Source: Patescibacteria group bacterium (GTDB lineage: Bacteria; Patescibacteriota; Gracilibacteria; UBA4473). From it: 64,000 nucleotides of DNA. The stretch covers positions 288,001 through 352,000 of the forward strand of contig CBFIAK010000001.1 in assembly GCA_965660445.1 (NCBI GenBank), given 5' to 3'. Within the stretch, counting starts at the first letter, position 1; every line of letters begins with the position of its first letter. The notes below the pieces were generated by a model. That model saw nothing but the letters and a program-made list of their open reading frames with translations, was not told where the DNA came from and made no database searches. Made by a program: the position numbers and the translations under genes. This document shows positions 28,289 to 38,470 of the stretch, in pieces.

Positions 28289-28903
28289 ATGAGATATACA
28301 GGACCAAAAGCACGACTTTGTAGACGAGAAGGTATTAACCTTTTTGGATCACCAAAATATCAGAAAATTTTGCAAAAACGATCTGGTATTCCCGGTATTC
28401 ATGGTGGTGGACGAATGGGGAAAATAACGGAATATGCACGACAATTGCGAGAAAAACAAAAAGCAAAACGAGTATATGGGTTATCTGAAAAACAATTTTA
28501 TCGATGTTTCCAAGAAGCAACTCGTCGAAAAGGGGTAACAGGAGAAAACTTGTTTGAATTATTGGAACGACGATTGGATAATGTGCTTTTTCGATCAGGG
28601 TTTGCGTTGAGTAGACCTCAGGCACGGCAGTTTGCAACACATGGTTTGTTTTTGTTAAATGGTCGACGAGTGGATATTCCTTCTATTATTGTGAATCCTG
28701 GAGATGTTATTGAAATTCGATCAAAAACAAAAGGTGCTTCTATTTTTCATAAAAATGCAGAAGAAATGAAAGATTATACTGCTCCTGATTGGTTAAAGGC
28801 TGATTCAGGAAAACTGAAAGTAGAAGTGTTAGAGTTGCCACAAGCAAAACATTTTGAGTCTTTTGTTGATACACAGCTTATTGTTGAGTTCTATTCTCGT
28901 TAA
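28289..28903 (+). CDS. rpsD: 30S ribosomal protein S4
   Basis: RYTGP, QLREKQK, LERRLDN, IVEFYSR. Confidence 0.98.
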   Translation: MRYTGPKARLCRREGINLFGSPKYQKILQKRSGIPGIHGGGRMGKITEYARQLREKQKAKRVYGLSEKQFYRCFQEATRRKGVTGENLFELLERRLDNVLFRSGFALSRPQARQFATHGLFLLNGRRVDIPSIIVNPGDVIEIRSKTKGASIFHKNAEEMKDYTAPDWLKADSGKLKVEVLELPQAKHFESFVDTQLIVEFYSR

Positions 28904-28924
28904 TTTTTTAATTTTCTTTACTAC

Positions 28925-29926
28925 ATGCATATTCTTCATCAAGAAATCGGCGCACCACAAATCAGAATCGAATCGGATTCGAAAACATCCGCACGGTTGG
29001 TGATGAATCCTCTTCCATCGGGATATGGGTATACTATTGGAAATGCATTGCGACGAGTATTGCTTTCGAGTTTGCCAGGAACAGGAATTACAGCGTTAAA
29101 GATTTCAGGTGTTACTCATGAGTATGCAACTATTACTGGAATTAAAGAAACAGTTTTTGATGTTATGCTGAACCTACGACAATTGAGACTGAAGAAACAC
29201 ACAAAGGGGGTAGAAGAAGTAGTGATTCCGTTTGTGAAATCAGGAATTATTACGGCGAAAGATTTACAAGTTTCAAGTGATATTGAAATTTTAGATCCTA
29301 CTCAGTATATCACAACATGTGATGGAGCTGATTCAAAACAAAAAATGACGATCCGTGTTGAAAGAGGGGTTGGGTATATGTTGGTTGCGAATACAGATAA
29401 TGCAAAAGAAGAAGATCCAGAGTATATGCTTATGGATGTAAATTTTTCACCCGTAACGCATGTGGAATACAAAGTAAATCCTGCGCGTGTGGGAGGAGAA
29501 ACAAATCTTCATGAATTAGAATTAGTTGTAAAAACAAATGGATCTATTGAAGCAATACAGGCTTTGAAGTTAGCAGCGAGTATGTTACAAAGCTATTTTG
29601 AGTTATTTAATAATGAAGATGCATATACTGATGAAGATTTCACAACATCTTTTGAACAATTAAAAAAGAAGAAAGAGTCAGAAGAAGCAGAGGCTTCTGC
29701 AAATCAAGAGGTGTCATTTACACCAATTGATATCTTAGGACTTTCTCAACGAACGCTGAATGCATTGGTGAATGGAAATATTAATTCTGTAGAAGAATTG
29801 ATTGCAACTCCAATGAAAACCCTAGCGCAGTTCCGAGGGTTTGGACAAAAAGCAAAAGTAGAACTTGATCAAGTTCTTATGGAACGCGGATATGTACTTC
29901 CTACTGAAAAAAAAATTGATAAATAA
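28925..29926 (+). CDS. rpoA: RNA polymerase alpha subunit
   Basis: PL..GYGYTIGNALRRVLLSS; alpha-CTD. Confidence 0.98.
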   Translation: MHILHQEIGAPQIRIESDSKTSARLVMNPLPSGYGYTIGNALRRVLLSSLPGTGITALKISGVTHEYATITGIKETVFDVMLNLRQLRLKKHTKGVEEVVIPFVKSGIITAKDLQVSSDIEILDPTQYITTCDGADSKQKMTIRVERGVGYMLVANTDNAKEEDPEYMLMDVNFSPVTHVEYKVNPARVGGETNLHELELVVKTNGSIEAIQALKLAASMLQSYFELFNNEDAYTDEDFTTSFEQLKKKKESEEAEASANQEVSFTPIDILGLSQRTLNALVNGNINSVEELIATPMKTLAQFRGFGQKAKVELDQVLMERGYVLPTEKKIDK

Positions 29927-29928
29927 TC

Positions 29929-30294
29929 ATGAGACATAATAATTCTAAACACATCCTTAATCGTCCAGCTGATCAACGAAAAGCGTTGAAGCGGAATCTG
30001 CTTACTTCTTTGTTTTTGTACGGAAAAGTACGAACAACAGAAGCAAAAGCAAAAGCTCTTTCGTCTGAAGTAGAAAAACTCATCACAACGGTTAAACGTC
30101 AAAAAGAAGAGTTTAATGCTATTCGAGAGTTAAAACGAGTACTCTTTACAGAAAATGCATGTCGAAGTGCACTTGAGTACATTAAAAAAACACCAAAAAC
30201 ATCAGGGTTTTCTCGTCGTGTGAAAGTTGGATATCGAGACGGAGATGGTGCGCTTTTGGTTCATGTGGAATTAATTACTGACGCAAATGCATAA
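29929..30294 (+). CDS. rplQ: 50S ribosomal protein L17
   Basis: MRH, TTEAKAK, R.GDGA. Confidence 0.96.
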   Translation: MRHNNSKHILNRPADQRKALKRNLLTSLFLYGKVRTTEAKAKALSSEVEKLITTVKRQKEEFNAIRELKRVLFTENACRSALEYIKKTPKTSGFSRRVKVGYRDGDGALLVHVELITDANA

Positions 30295-30724
30295 AACAAC
30301 ATTAAGACAGAACGTACAAAATACAGACCGAACATGGTTTGTTGTGGATGCAGAAGGGCAAACTTTAGGTCGCCTTTCGGTAGCTATTGCGAATGCTCTT
30401 CGAGGGCGAAATCGCGCTGATTTTACTCCTCATGTTGATGGAGGTGATTATGTTGTTGTTGTGAATACTGAAAAAATAAAACTTACTGGTAAAAAAGAAG
30501 ACCAAAAAAATTATTACCGACATTCTGGGTATCTCGGGAACTTGAAATCTCGATCGGCATCTGAAATGCGATCACGAAACCCACGAAAAATTATTGAGTC
30601 GTCTGTGTATGGAATGCTTCCAAATACAAAGTTGAGAGATCAACAAATGAAACGATTATTGCTTGTGATTGGAAACGAAAATCCTCATATGGCACAAAAA
30701 CCTGAACCTTTACCTTTTGTATAA
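30287..30724 (+). CDS. rplM: 50S ribosomal protein L13
   Basis: W.VVDA....LGR, TPHVD.GDYV, GMLP. Confidence 0.98.
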   Translation: MHKTTLRQNVQNTDRTWFVVDAEGQTLGRLSVAIANALRGRNRADFTPHVDGGDYVVVVNTEKIKLTGKKEDQKNYYRHSGYLGNLKSRSASEMRSRNPRKIIESSVYGMLPNTKLRDQQMKRLLLVIGNENPHMAQKPEPLPFV

Positions 30725-30729
30725 TTATC

Positions 30730-31128
30730 ATGAAAGAAAAACCTTATTTTTACGCTGTCGGAAAACGGAAAACTGCACGAGCTACGGTGAAAGTATTTTT
30801 TGCTGGAAGCGGTGACTGCACAGTCAATGAACAAAAACTGCATCAATGGGCAGATGATCGATCAATGACGGTCAGCGCACTTCAACCATTAGAAGTTTTA
30901 GGACTTAAAAAAGATGTGGATATTGTTGTCCGTACTTCTGGAGGTGGAAAAAAAGCACAAGCCAGTTCTATCTCTTTAGGAATTGCACGAGCTTTATCAA
31001 AAAAAGATCCAGAATTTAAGCACCAATTAAAAGAGTTTGGTCTTTTGACACGAGATTCTCGAGTAAAAGAACGAAAGAAACCAGGACTCAAACGAGCACG
31101 ACGAGCACCACAGTGGTCAAAACGGTAA
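30730..31128 (+). CDS. rpsI: 30S ribosomal protein S9
   Basis: G.RK.A.A, GGG, ERKKPGL..ARRAPQWSKR. Confidence 0.98.
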   Translation: MKEKPYFYAVGKRKTARATVKVFFAGSGDCTVNEQKLHQWADDRSMTVSALQPLEVLGLKKDVDIVVRTSGGGKKAQASSISLGIARALSKKDPEFKHQLKEFGLLTRDSRVKERKKPGLKRARRAPQWSKR

Positions 31129-31131
31129 CAG

Positions 31132-31162
31132 AAAAAAAACGCACATTACGTGCGTTTTTTTA
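31132..31162. terminator. Bidirectional terminator
   Basis: AAAAAAACGCAC/GTGCGTTTTTTT. Confidence 0.8.
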
Positions 31163-32183
31163 ATAGACTATGAGGAAATAAGTTTTGCAGCTGGTCACTG
31201 ATATTTACTGTTGGTTTCGGAACAGGGATGAATAATGATCGACTTGGATCGTGAATATTCCATTCTGTGCGAAGATACGATATCCATTGTTCATCTTGTG
31301 CCCACGAAGATTCGGTAAATGTTTTATGCGATATGATTTCGAGATTATTGGTTTGAATGTATTCGGTTTGTGTTTTCAGAGAATCAATTATTTCTTGGGA
31401 AATAAGAGAGAAAGATATAGGTCGTAATAGCTCATCAACTCGATTGTTTCGGTGTTTCCGAAGAATAAGTTCTATGAGACTTCCGCTCATAACGGTTTTA
31501 AAATGTTCTTCTACAAGATAGTCTTCATAGACCATGCTTTCTCCTGGATATATACGAGAATCAAGAGGGATCCGTGATGCGATAAGTTCCTTTTCATAGG
31601 ATTTCAAGGTTCCATATTGTTCTTCTAATATGCTTTGAGCACTTTGTATGTCTGTTGTTGTATTGTGAATGAAAAACTGTTTTTTTCCAGCTATAAAAGC
31701 AACATGTGTTTGGGGTAAGATATTTGAAAGACCAAGAATTTCTTCTTTGTGGGCTGAGTATCTATAGACCATTCCTAAAACACCAATAGGATATTCTTGT
31801 GCATCTAAAAATTCATAGAAAGAAGAAAAATGGTCTCCGCGTTGACTTGATTTTCCCCAAGGGAAATTAAGGTTTTGGGTTCTATATACCTCAGATTTCG
31901 GTATTTGCCATGCGAGAGTGAGGTGTTTTTTGTTTGCTGGGTGTAATTGCATGTCCCAAGCATTTCCATAAATAGGTTTTCCAAATCGCGTTAAAAACAT
32001 GCGGTTTACAAAAAGAGCACATTGACTCATATTGTCTTGTGTGAACTGGGCAGTGTAATTAAAAATTTCCTTGTATTGCGGATGATTGATATCTATTTGC
32101 ACTGGTATATTGGTTTTTGGGGAAGCAAAAACCGAACAAGGGAGTGCAAATAAAGCCAATAGGAGGATAATATTATTTTTCAT
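31146..32183 (-). CDS. Secreted protein with a divergent CHAP/NlpC-like catalytic motif set
   Basis: Signal peptide from ATG 32183; QCALFV...GNAW, THVAFI. Confidence 0.6.
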   Translation of the reverse strand: MKNNIILLLALFALPCSVFASPKTNIPVQIDINHPQYKEIFNYTAQFTQDNMSQCALFVNRMFLTRFGKPIYGNAWDMQLHPANKKHLTLAWQIPKSEVYRTQNLNFPWGKSSQRGDHFSSFYEFLDAQEYPIGVLGMVYRYSAHKEEILGLSNILPQTHVAFIAGKKQFFIHNTTTDIQSAQSILEEQYGTLKSYEKELIASRIPLDSRIYPGESMVYEDYLVEEHFKTVMSGSLIELILRKHRNNRVDELLRPISFSLISQEIIDSLKTQTEYIQTNNLEIISHKTFTESSWAQDEQWISYLRTEWNIHDPSRSLFIPVPKPTVNISDQLQNLFPHSLLKKRT

Positions 32184-32187
32184 AGGG

Positions 32188-32763
32188 TTATTTTGATGTA
32201 AGATCCTGATATGTTTTTTTATAGAAATCAGAACTGATTTTGTCTTTGTCGTATTGTTGCATTCCTTTAATTCCTGTTGGTTGTAGTGGAGGGTATGCAT
32301 TAAATGCATCTGGGTTTTGTAATAATTCAGGAAAATATTTTTGGAGTGTTTCCGTTGTGAAGTAGGTTGTATTGTAGACATATCCAATGCTTTCAAGTTG
32401 ATTATTTTCTATTTGATATGACTCGTTTGTGCTTTTCAGTTTATTGAGTAGATTCGCTGTTTTAAGGGCATTTTTAAGATTATAAAACTCAATATTGAGT
32501 GATTCTATCGTCAATTTTCCATTCTCAGTTTCAGTAATCTTTGTACTCTGCCCATAACTTTTAATAAGGCTTTCGGTTTTATTCAGTTCTTCAATAGTGA
32601 GCGATCGAGCTTTTCGTTCAGCATTGTCTTTTTCTCCATTATTCTCAATTTCTGTTCGTACTTCTTGTATGCTTTCTTGTGCTTGTTCAGAAGAAATAAA
32701 CCCTTCAGGAGCATGGTTTTGAAAAATAAAAGAAGTTTTTGGAAATGCTGAAAAGTAAATCAT
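32188..32763 (-). CDS. Hypothetical protein
   Basis: 191-aa ORF, 4 nt upstream of the next gene. Confidence 0.65.
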   Translation of the reverse strand: MIYFSAFPKTSFIFQNHAPEGFISSEQAQESIQEVRTEIENNGEKDNAERKARSLTIEELNKTESLIKSYGQSTKITETENGKLTIESLNIEFYNLKNALKTANLLNKLKSTNESYQIENNQLESIGYVYNTTYFTTETLQKYFPELLQNPDAFNAYPPLQPTGIKGMQQYDKDKISSDFYKKTYQDLTSK

Positions 32764-32881
32764 AAGAAAATAAAATAAATCCCTTTATTATACATCAAAA
32801 ACAAATGAAAATCAAGGAAGATATAAAAAACAAGAAAGAAATGATACTTGAGATTTGAATGATTTTTTCTAAGATAGAGCT

Positions 32882-34690
32882 GTGAAGAAAAAAGACCATG
32901 TATTTGTGTTTACTCCCCAAGCCATTCCTCAAGATGCGGGGTGTTATATGTTTTATGATGAGAATGATGATTTGTTGTATGTGGGAAAAGCAAAGAATTT
33001 GAGAAAGCGAGTATCGAGTTATTTTCAAAAAACAAACCAGAAGAAGACAACCCATATCATGGTGTCGAAAATTCGACGCATAGAAACTCATATTACCCAT
33101 TCTGAAATAGAAGCTCTTATTCTTGAGAATAATCTTGTGAAGCAGTATATGCCTCGGTTTAATATTCGGTTAAGAGATGATAAAAATTTTGTGTATCTGC
33201 GTATTACAAAAGAAGAACGTCCTAAAATGGAAATTACGCGTCGTCGTCTCCAAGATAAAAGTACGTATATTGGACCAAAAACTTCTACAAAAGCATTTAA
33301 AAATGTGGTTCGGTTTTGTCAGAAATTTTTTCATGTGCGTATGGTTGATTCAGCGAAAGACTACTACCCCGATGTGATCTCAGGAAAATATGATATCGAT
33401 ACACAGACCTACCAACAAAATGTTGAACGTATGAAAAAGTTTCTCCAAGGACAAACAAAAGAAGTTGAACAAGAATTAGTAGAAACAATGATGAAATTTG
33501 CGAGTGAAAAAAACTTCGAAGCAGCTCAAAATATCAAGGAAACACTGAACGCCTTGCATGTTTCCACGCAAAATCAGTCAGTTACACTTGATGATTCAAT
33601 GGCTCGCGATTTTGTATCGTGTATCGAAAACGGGAACGAAGCGTATTGTGTACGTATTTCGTTTCGCGAAGGAAGACTTATAGACCAGAATGAAGTTGTA
33701 CTCAATAGCCCCAATGTTTTTGATGTTTCTGATATGTATGAAGCATTTTTGATACAGTTTTATGAAACCGTAAGTGATATTCCACGTGAGATATATATTC
33801 CAGTTATTCTCCCAAATGAAGAGTTAATTCAATCCTTCTTATGTGAAATATCATCACAATCAGTTCTAGTGAAGACTCCACAAAGAGGAGAGAAAAAAAC
33901 AATTCTTGATCTGGCTACAAAGCGAGCACTTCATTTTCAAAAAAAACAAGAACTGGAAACATTGTCTCGTGCAGAAAATTTCTCAAAAGCTCTTCCAGAA
34001 CTGGCACTTTCATTAAATCTTGAAAAGAATCTTTCTCGTATAGAATGTTTTGATATTTCTCATTTTTCAGGCGATTCAACCGTTGCGAGTCAAGTTGTGT
34101 TTTTAGATGGAACCCCAGCACCGTCCGAATATAGACGGTTTTCTATAAAAACATTATCAAATGGAAAAATTGATGATTTTGCGAGTATGAAAGAAGTTCT
34201 CTCTCGTCGATTTGCACGAAAAAATGATACAAATTTTGCAAAAAAATTTCCTGATTTAATTGTTATTGATGGTGGAAAGGGGCAATTATCGAGTGTCTGG
34301 AAAGCCGTTGAATCATTTTTAGAAACAGAAACGTTTCCAGATGATTTTGATCCGTATACTCAAATTATAGCGTTGGCTAAAAAAGAAGAATCAATTTTTC
34401 GTCCACATCAAAAAGAACCCTTGCTTTTACCGTTCGATTCGAGTGCTCTTAAATTGCTTCAGCGTATTCGAGATGAAGCACATCGGTTTGCTATTACATA
34501 TAACCGAAAATCGAGAGAGAAAAAAACATACATCTCAGTTCTTGATGAAATACCAGGGATTGGTGCAAAAACAAAAAAAGAATTACTCAAGAAATTTGAA
34601 TCAGCTTCAGGGGTCAAGCAAGCATCAGATGAACAGTTATTATTAGTATTATCTCAGAAACAGTTACAGAGTTTACGAAAATATATATAA
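32882..34690 (+). CDS. uvrC: Excinuclease ABC subunit C
   Basis: GIY-YIG (YVGKAKNLRKRV.SYF), ECFDISH, DGGKGQ, RDEAHRFA, HhH. Confidence 0.97.
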   Translation: MKKKDHVFVFTPQAIPQDAGCYMFYDENDDLLYVGKAKNLRKRVSSYFQKTNQKKTTHIMVSKIRRIETHITHSEIEALILENNLVKQYMPRFNIRLRDDKNFVYLRITKEERPKMEITRRRLQDKSTYIGPKTSTKAFKNVVRFCQKFFHVRMVDSAKDYYPDVISGKYDIDTQTYQQNVERMKKFLQGQTKEVEQELVETMMKFASEKNFEAAQNIKETLNALHVSTQNQSVTLDDSMARDFVSCIENGNEAYCVRISFREGRLIDQNEVVLNSPNVFDVSDMYEAFLIQFYETVSDIPREIYIPVILPNEELIQSFLCEISSQSVLVKTPQRGEKKTILDLATKRALHFQKKQELETLSRAENFSKALPELALSLNLEKNLSRIECFDISHFSGDSTVASQVVFLDGTPAPSEYRRFSIKTLSNGKIDDFASMKEVLSRRFARKNDTNFAKKFPDLIVIDGGKGQLSSVWKAVESFLETETFPDDFDPYTQIIALAKKEESIFRPHQKEPLLLPFDSSALKLLQRIRDEAHRFAITYNRKSREKKTYISVLDEIPGIGAKTKKELLKKFESASGVKQASDEQLLLVLSQKQLQSLRKYI

Positions 34691-34703
34691 TGATATCCGT
34701 ACG

Positions 34704-36059
34704 ATGGATACTCCAAAAGAAAATCAGTCCCAATATGAAGATAAAAAAGAGCTTATTCAACGTGATTTACATGTATTAAAGAGTTCTATCGTTCGTGATA
34801 ATACTCATGTGCAACAAAGGTTCCCTCAAATATATGATATTCGACAATTATCACCTCAATTACAACATCAATTTCAAGGTGGATTTGAATTACCAGAACA
34901 GACAACAAAACGATTCTTCGTGTACGAAAAGTTAAATCAGTGGGATGTGGCTTTTTTGTCACGTGTTCCAAACCTTCAGTTAAAAGTTACAGGATCAACA
35001 CTTGATCCATTACTCGCTCCTTTTGTGGGTGATCTTGAGGCTCCTCATATTTCTATGAAATCTTTGTTTTTACTCTCTACACCTCGACTTCATACATTAA
35101 ATGGAATGCCATATCGTACACCATTTCTTTCAACCAACGTGCGACCAATGCCATTGAAAACTGAATTTTTTCGGCATACTGGGACTAGTTTTTATCTCAA
35201 TAAGTATGCAAGCTCTATTGGAATCGAAACAGAATCACTAAAAAATATAGAGTCACAAATAGAATCAGCAACCGGATCATTTTTACGAGTTTGGTTAACG
35301 TTATCTTCAAAAGATAAAAATAAAAAAGGCGAAATTGAAGAAGGAAACCTTCTTCATCATGCCGATGGTACACCAAAAGAATGGAAAAACTTGGAAAAGA
35401 TGATCATTGATGTGCGTGCTTTACTAAACGCAGCAGAAAAAAGTAAAAAGAAATTAATACTTACTCTCCATAGTTCAGATTTATATAAATATCAATCAGA
35501 TTTCGTGACCGATCCTCAGAAACAAAAATTATTCTTCGAGAAAGACAAGGAATTTTTGCAAACTCTTTGGCATAGACTGTCTGATACAGAAAAAGAAACT
35601 ATTTCGTATATTGAGTTTATGAATGAACCCGATCATGTTTCAGAAGAAATTAATCATAGAGATGTATATCAATTTGTAGAGAAAGGTGTCCAAATGATTC
35701 GGAATATTACTCAGAAACCAATAAGTATCGGACCTGCGAAAATATATAATATGGGACAATGGACGCCATTATTACAACCAAATGATTGTTTTCAGGTTCA
35801 TTGGTATCGAGCCATTGAGGATCAATACGAGGAAGATCCTTATACGCAACTTCAGTATTCTATGAAAACAGCCAATGTGCCTGCAGGTTGTCGAATTATA
35901 CTCGGTGAAGCACAAGGAAATGTAGGAAATATCGATATTACGAATGAAGTTATACAATACAGTCGTCAAAGTGGGTACGATGGAGTATTGTTTTGGTTTG
36001 ATAACCGAAAAAACCCCAAATACACGAAACCATCAATACTTCCAAATCGTATCCCATGA
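34704..36059 (+). CDS. Putative glycoside hydrolase (clan GH-A, GH5-like)
   Basis: LRVW, TLH, MNEP, QVHWY, ILGE, GVLFW in order. Confidence 0.7.
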   Translation: MDTPKENQSQYEDKKELIQRDLHVLKSSIVRDNTHVQQRFPQIYDIRQLSPQLQHQFQGGFELPEQTTKRFFVYEKLNQWDVAFLSRVPNLQLKVTGSTLDPLLAPFVGDLEAPHISMKSLFLLSTPRLHTLNGMPYRTPFLSTNVRPMPLKTEFFRHTGTSFYLNKYASSIGIETESLKNIESQIESATGSFLRVWLTLSSKDKNKKGEIEEGNLLHHADGTPKEWKNLEKMIIDVRALLNAAEKSKKKLILTLHSSDLYKYQSDFVTDPQKQKLFFEKDKEFLQTLWHRLSDTEKETISYIEFMNEPDHVSEEINHRDVYQFVEKGVQMIRNITQKPISIGPAKIYNMGQWTPLLQPNDCFQVHWYRAIEDQYEEDPYTQLQYSMKTANVPAGCRIILGEAQGNVGNIDITNEVIQYSRQSGYDGVLFWFDNRKNPKYTKPSILPNRIP

Positions 36060-36517
36060 AAAAATTTCGTCGTTTTCTTTTAAGTGGCTTTGGTATCGGG
36101 TATGCTCATCATGCTCCTGGCACATGGGGAACACTTGTTGCCTGTGTGATATTATGGATATGTCGATCGTATGGAGTCTCTCTTGAAGAACTTATAATAT
36201 CTATTTTTATAATCTGTTGTTTGGGTGTATGGGCTATTTCTTACGAAAAAAAAGAGAATACGTATGATCATTCTTGGATTGTTCTTGATGAATGGATTGG
36301 TATTTCCATTGCGATTCTCCCTCTGTGGCAGAATGGTTCTTTTCTATGGTGGGTGTCCGCGTTTGCTTTGTTTCGGATATTTGATATTACGAAAAGTGTT
36401 CTGCCTATAGCACAGTTTGATGCATGGCGTTCTCCATGGGGCGTAATGGGCGATGATATTGTTGCGGGTCTCTATACAGCGTTGATTGTCTGGGGAGGAA
36501 ACCTTTTGACTTTTTAG
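36056..36517 (+). CDS. pgpA: Phosphatidylglycerophosphatase A
   Basis: APGTWGT, D...IVLDE..G, FR.FDI.K, GVM.DD..AG. Confidence 0.93.
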   Translation: MKKFRRFLLSGFGIGYAHHAPGTWGTLVACVILWICRSYGVSLEELIISIFIICCLGVWAISYEKKENTYDHSWIVLDEWIGISIAILPLWQNGSFLWWVSAFALFRIFDITKSVLPIAQFDAWRSPWGVMGDDIVAGLYTALIVWGGNLLTF

Positions 36518-36557
36518 GAAAAAAAACGACAATTCGGATATATAATATGTCTTTATA

Positions 36558-37943
36558 ATGACTCGTATTGATATCAAAACCATCCTTAAAAATCATCAAA
36601 CATATCTTCACCAAGAAGTGCATCTTGAAGGATGGGTTCGAACCGTTCGCGATTCAAAGCAATTCGGGTTTTTAGAACTCAATGATGGAACATTTTTTAA
36701 AGGTATTCAAATTGTTTTTGAGTCTCACCTCTCAAATTTTGATGATATTTGCAAACTTACAGTCGGATCTTCGGTGCAAGTAAAAGGTGTACTTATCGAG
36801 TCTCAAGGTGGAAAACAGGCGGTTGAAATTCAAGCGAAAGAAGTACTCATATATGACGTGGCAGACGCAGATTATCCGTTACAAAAAAAACGACATTCGT
36901 TTGAGTTTTTGCGTACGATTCCACATTTGCGTTCTCGTTCAAATACATTTTCTGCTGTGTTTCGAGTTCGGTCAGTGCTGAGTCGTGCTATTCATGAATT
37001 TTTTCAAGACCAAGGATTTGTTTGGGTACATACTCCTATCATTTCAGCACTTGATTGCGAGGGTGCTGGAGAAATGTTTCAGGTAACAACATTACCGTTA
37101 GAAAATGTACCAAAAAAAGAATCTCATATCGATTTTCAGAAAGATTTTTTTGGTAAAAAAACAGGACTTACCGTGAGTGGACAATTAAATGTAGAAACGT
37201 TTGCGATGGCGTTTCAAAAAGTCTATACCTTTGGACCTACATTTCGGGCAGAAAACTCAAATACGTCTCGTCATGCAGCTGAGTTTTGGATGATTGAACC
37301 TGAAATGGCATTTGCGGATTTGCATGATTGTATGGATATGGCAGAATCATTACTAGTCTTTGTTGTGCGATATATTCAAGATCATCTTCCAGAAGAGGTA
37401 GAGTTTTTTAATCAATTTATAGAACCAACATTGAAAGAGAGATTGCAAGTGCTTACCAGCAAACCGTTTGCACGCATGACCTACACACAGGCTGTTGAAA
37501 TGTTGCAGTCATGTGGTGAGTCGTTTGAGTTCCCTGTGTCTTGGGGAATTGATTTACAGTCAGAGCACGAACAATATATCTGTAAAAAAACAGGGGTTCC
37601 AACATTCGTAACTGATTATCCAAAAGATATAAAAGCATTTTATATGCGTCGTAATAAAGACCAAAAAACAGTGGCTGCTATGGATTTATTAGTTCCCGGA
37701 GTCGGTGAACTTATGGGAGGGTCTCAAAGAGAAGAACGCCTTGATGTGCTTTCACAAGCAATGCAATTACATGGATTATCTGATGAGGAATACGGATGGT
37801 ATAAAGACACTCGTCGATTCGGGAGTGTTGTGCATTCTGGGTTTGGGCTCGGGTTTGAGCGATTAATTCAGTATGTAACGGGTATGGGAAATATTCGTGA
37901 TGTTATTCCGTTTCCGAGAACACCAAAAAATTGTGATATGTAG
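36558..37943 (+). CDS. asnS: Asparagine--tRNA ligase
   Basis: CEGAGE.F, LTVSGQL, FRAENSNTSRH..EFWM.EPE, GGSQREER. Confidence 0.97.
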   Translation: MTRIDIKTILKNHQTYLHQEVHLEGWVRTVRDSKQFGFLELNDGTFFKGIQIVFESHLSNFDDICKLTVGSSVQVKGVLIESQGGKQAVEIQAKEVLIYDVADADYPLQKKRHSFEFLRTIPHLRSRSNTFSAVFRVRSVLSRAIHEFFQDQGFVWVHTPIISALDCEGAGEMFQVTTLPLENVPKKESHIDFQKDFFGKKTGLTVSGQLNVETFAMAFQKVYTFGPTFRAENSNTSRHAAEFWMIEPEMAFADLHDCMDMAESLLVFVVRYIQDHLPEEVEFFNQFIEPTLKERLQVLTSKPFARMTYTQAVEMLQSCGESFEFPVSWGIDLQSEHEQYICKKTGVPTFVTDYPKDIKAFYMRRNKDQKTVAAMDLLVPGVGELMGGSQREERLDVLSQAMQLHGLSDEEYGWYKDTRRFGSVVHSGFGLGFERLIQYVTGMGNIRDVIPFPRTPKNCDM

Positions 37944-37948
37944 GTGTA

Positions 37949-38464
37949 TTAATACCATACATTTTTGATACCCAACCAATAAGCAATACGGTTTGAAATA
38001 GTACTGAGCGTTGGTGCAAGAACCAAAAGAATAAGTGTGTCTATCCATGTGATAGAAATACCCCAGAGAAAAACAACCACTAAAGCACCAAGAATATAAT
38101 CTACCCCATCCCAAAAAAACCAAGACTCTCCTGGTTTTTTCCCTTTTCGTCGTTTTATGAAACTTTCAATAAGATCGCCGAAAAGAGCACCAAACCCTAA
38201 AGCGCTTCCATAAAGAAATGCATCAATCGGTGTGTTGAAAAATTGAGGAATCCACTGTCCTATACCCAAACCAATAATTCCACCTCCCAATATCGCTACA
38301 GTAAATCCTCGATAGGTTTTATGAGATCCAAACCATCGAGAAGAAATAGGTGTATTCCATCGAGACAAAAGAGGTACATGTTGTGCGAATACAGGAAGCG
38401 CGTTCGCAATCAACGCTGGAGAAAAAAGGGCAAGAAGAGTAAGGAAATGAAGTGCGAGAGTCAT
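37949..38464 (-). CDS. CarS-like (CDP-archaeol synthase/DUF46) cytidylyltransferase
   Basis: PA..ANA.PV, FGSHKTYRG, GDL.ESFIKRR...PG, D..DY. Confidence 0.85.
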   Translation of the reverse strand: MTLALHFLTLLALFSPALIANALPVFAQHVPLLSRWNTPISSRWFGSHKTYRGFTVAILGGGIIGLGIGQWIPQFFNTPIDAFLYGSALGFGALFGDLIESFIKRRKGKKPGESWFFWDGVDYILGALVVVFLWGISITWIDTLILLVLAPTLSTISNRIAYWLGIKNVWY

Positions 38465-38470
38465 AGAAGT

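Noticed and set aside
32184-32396. N-terminal 71 aa of the 416-aa ORF call
   Set aside because: Overlaps the upstream gene; the signal peptide starts at ATG 32183
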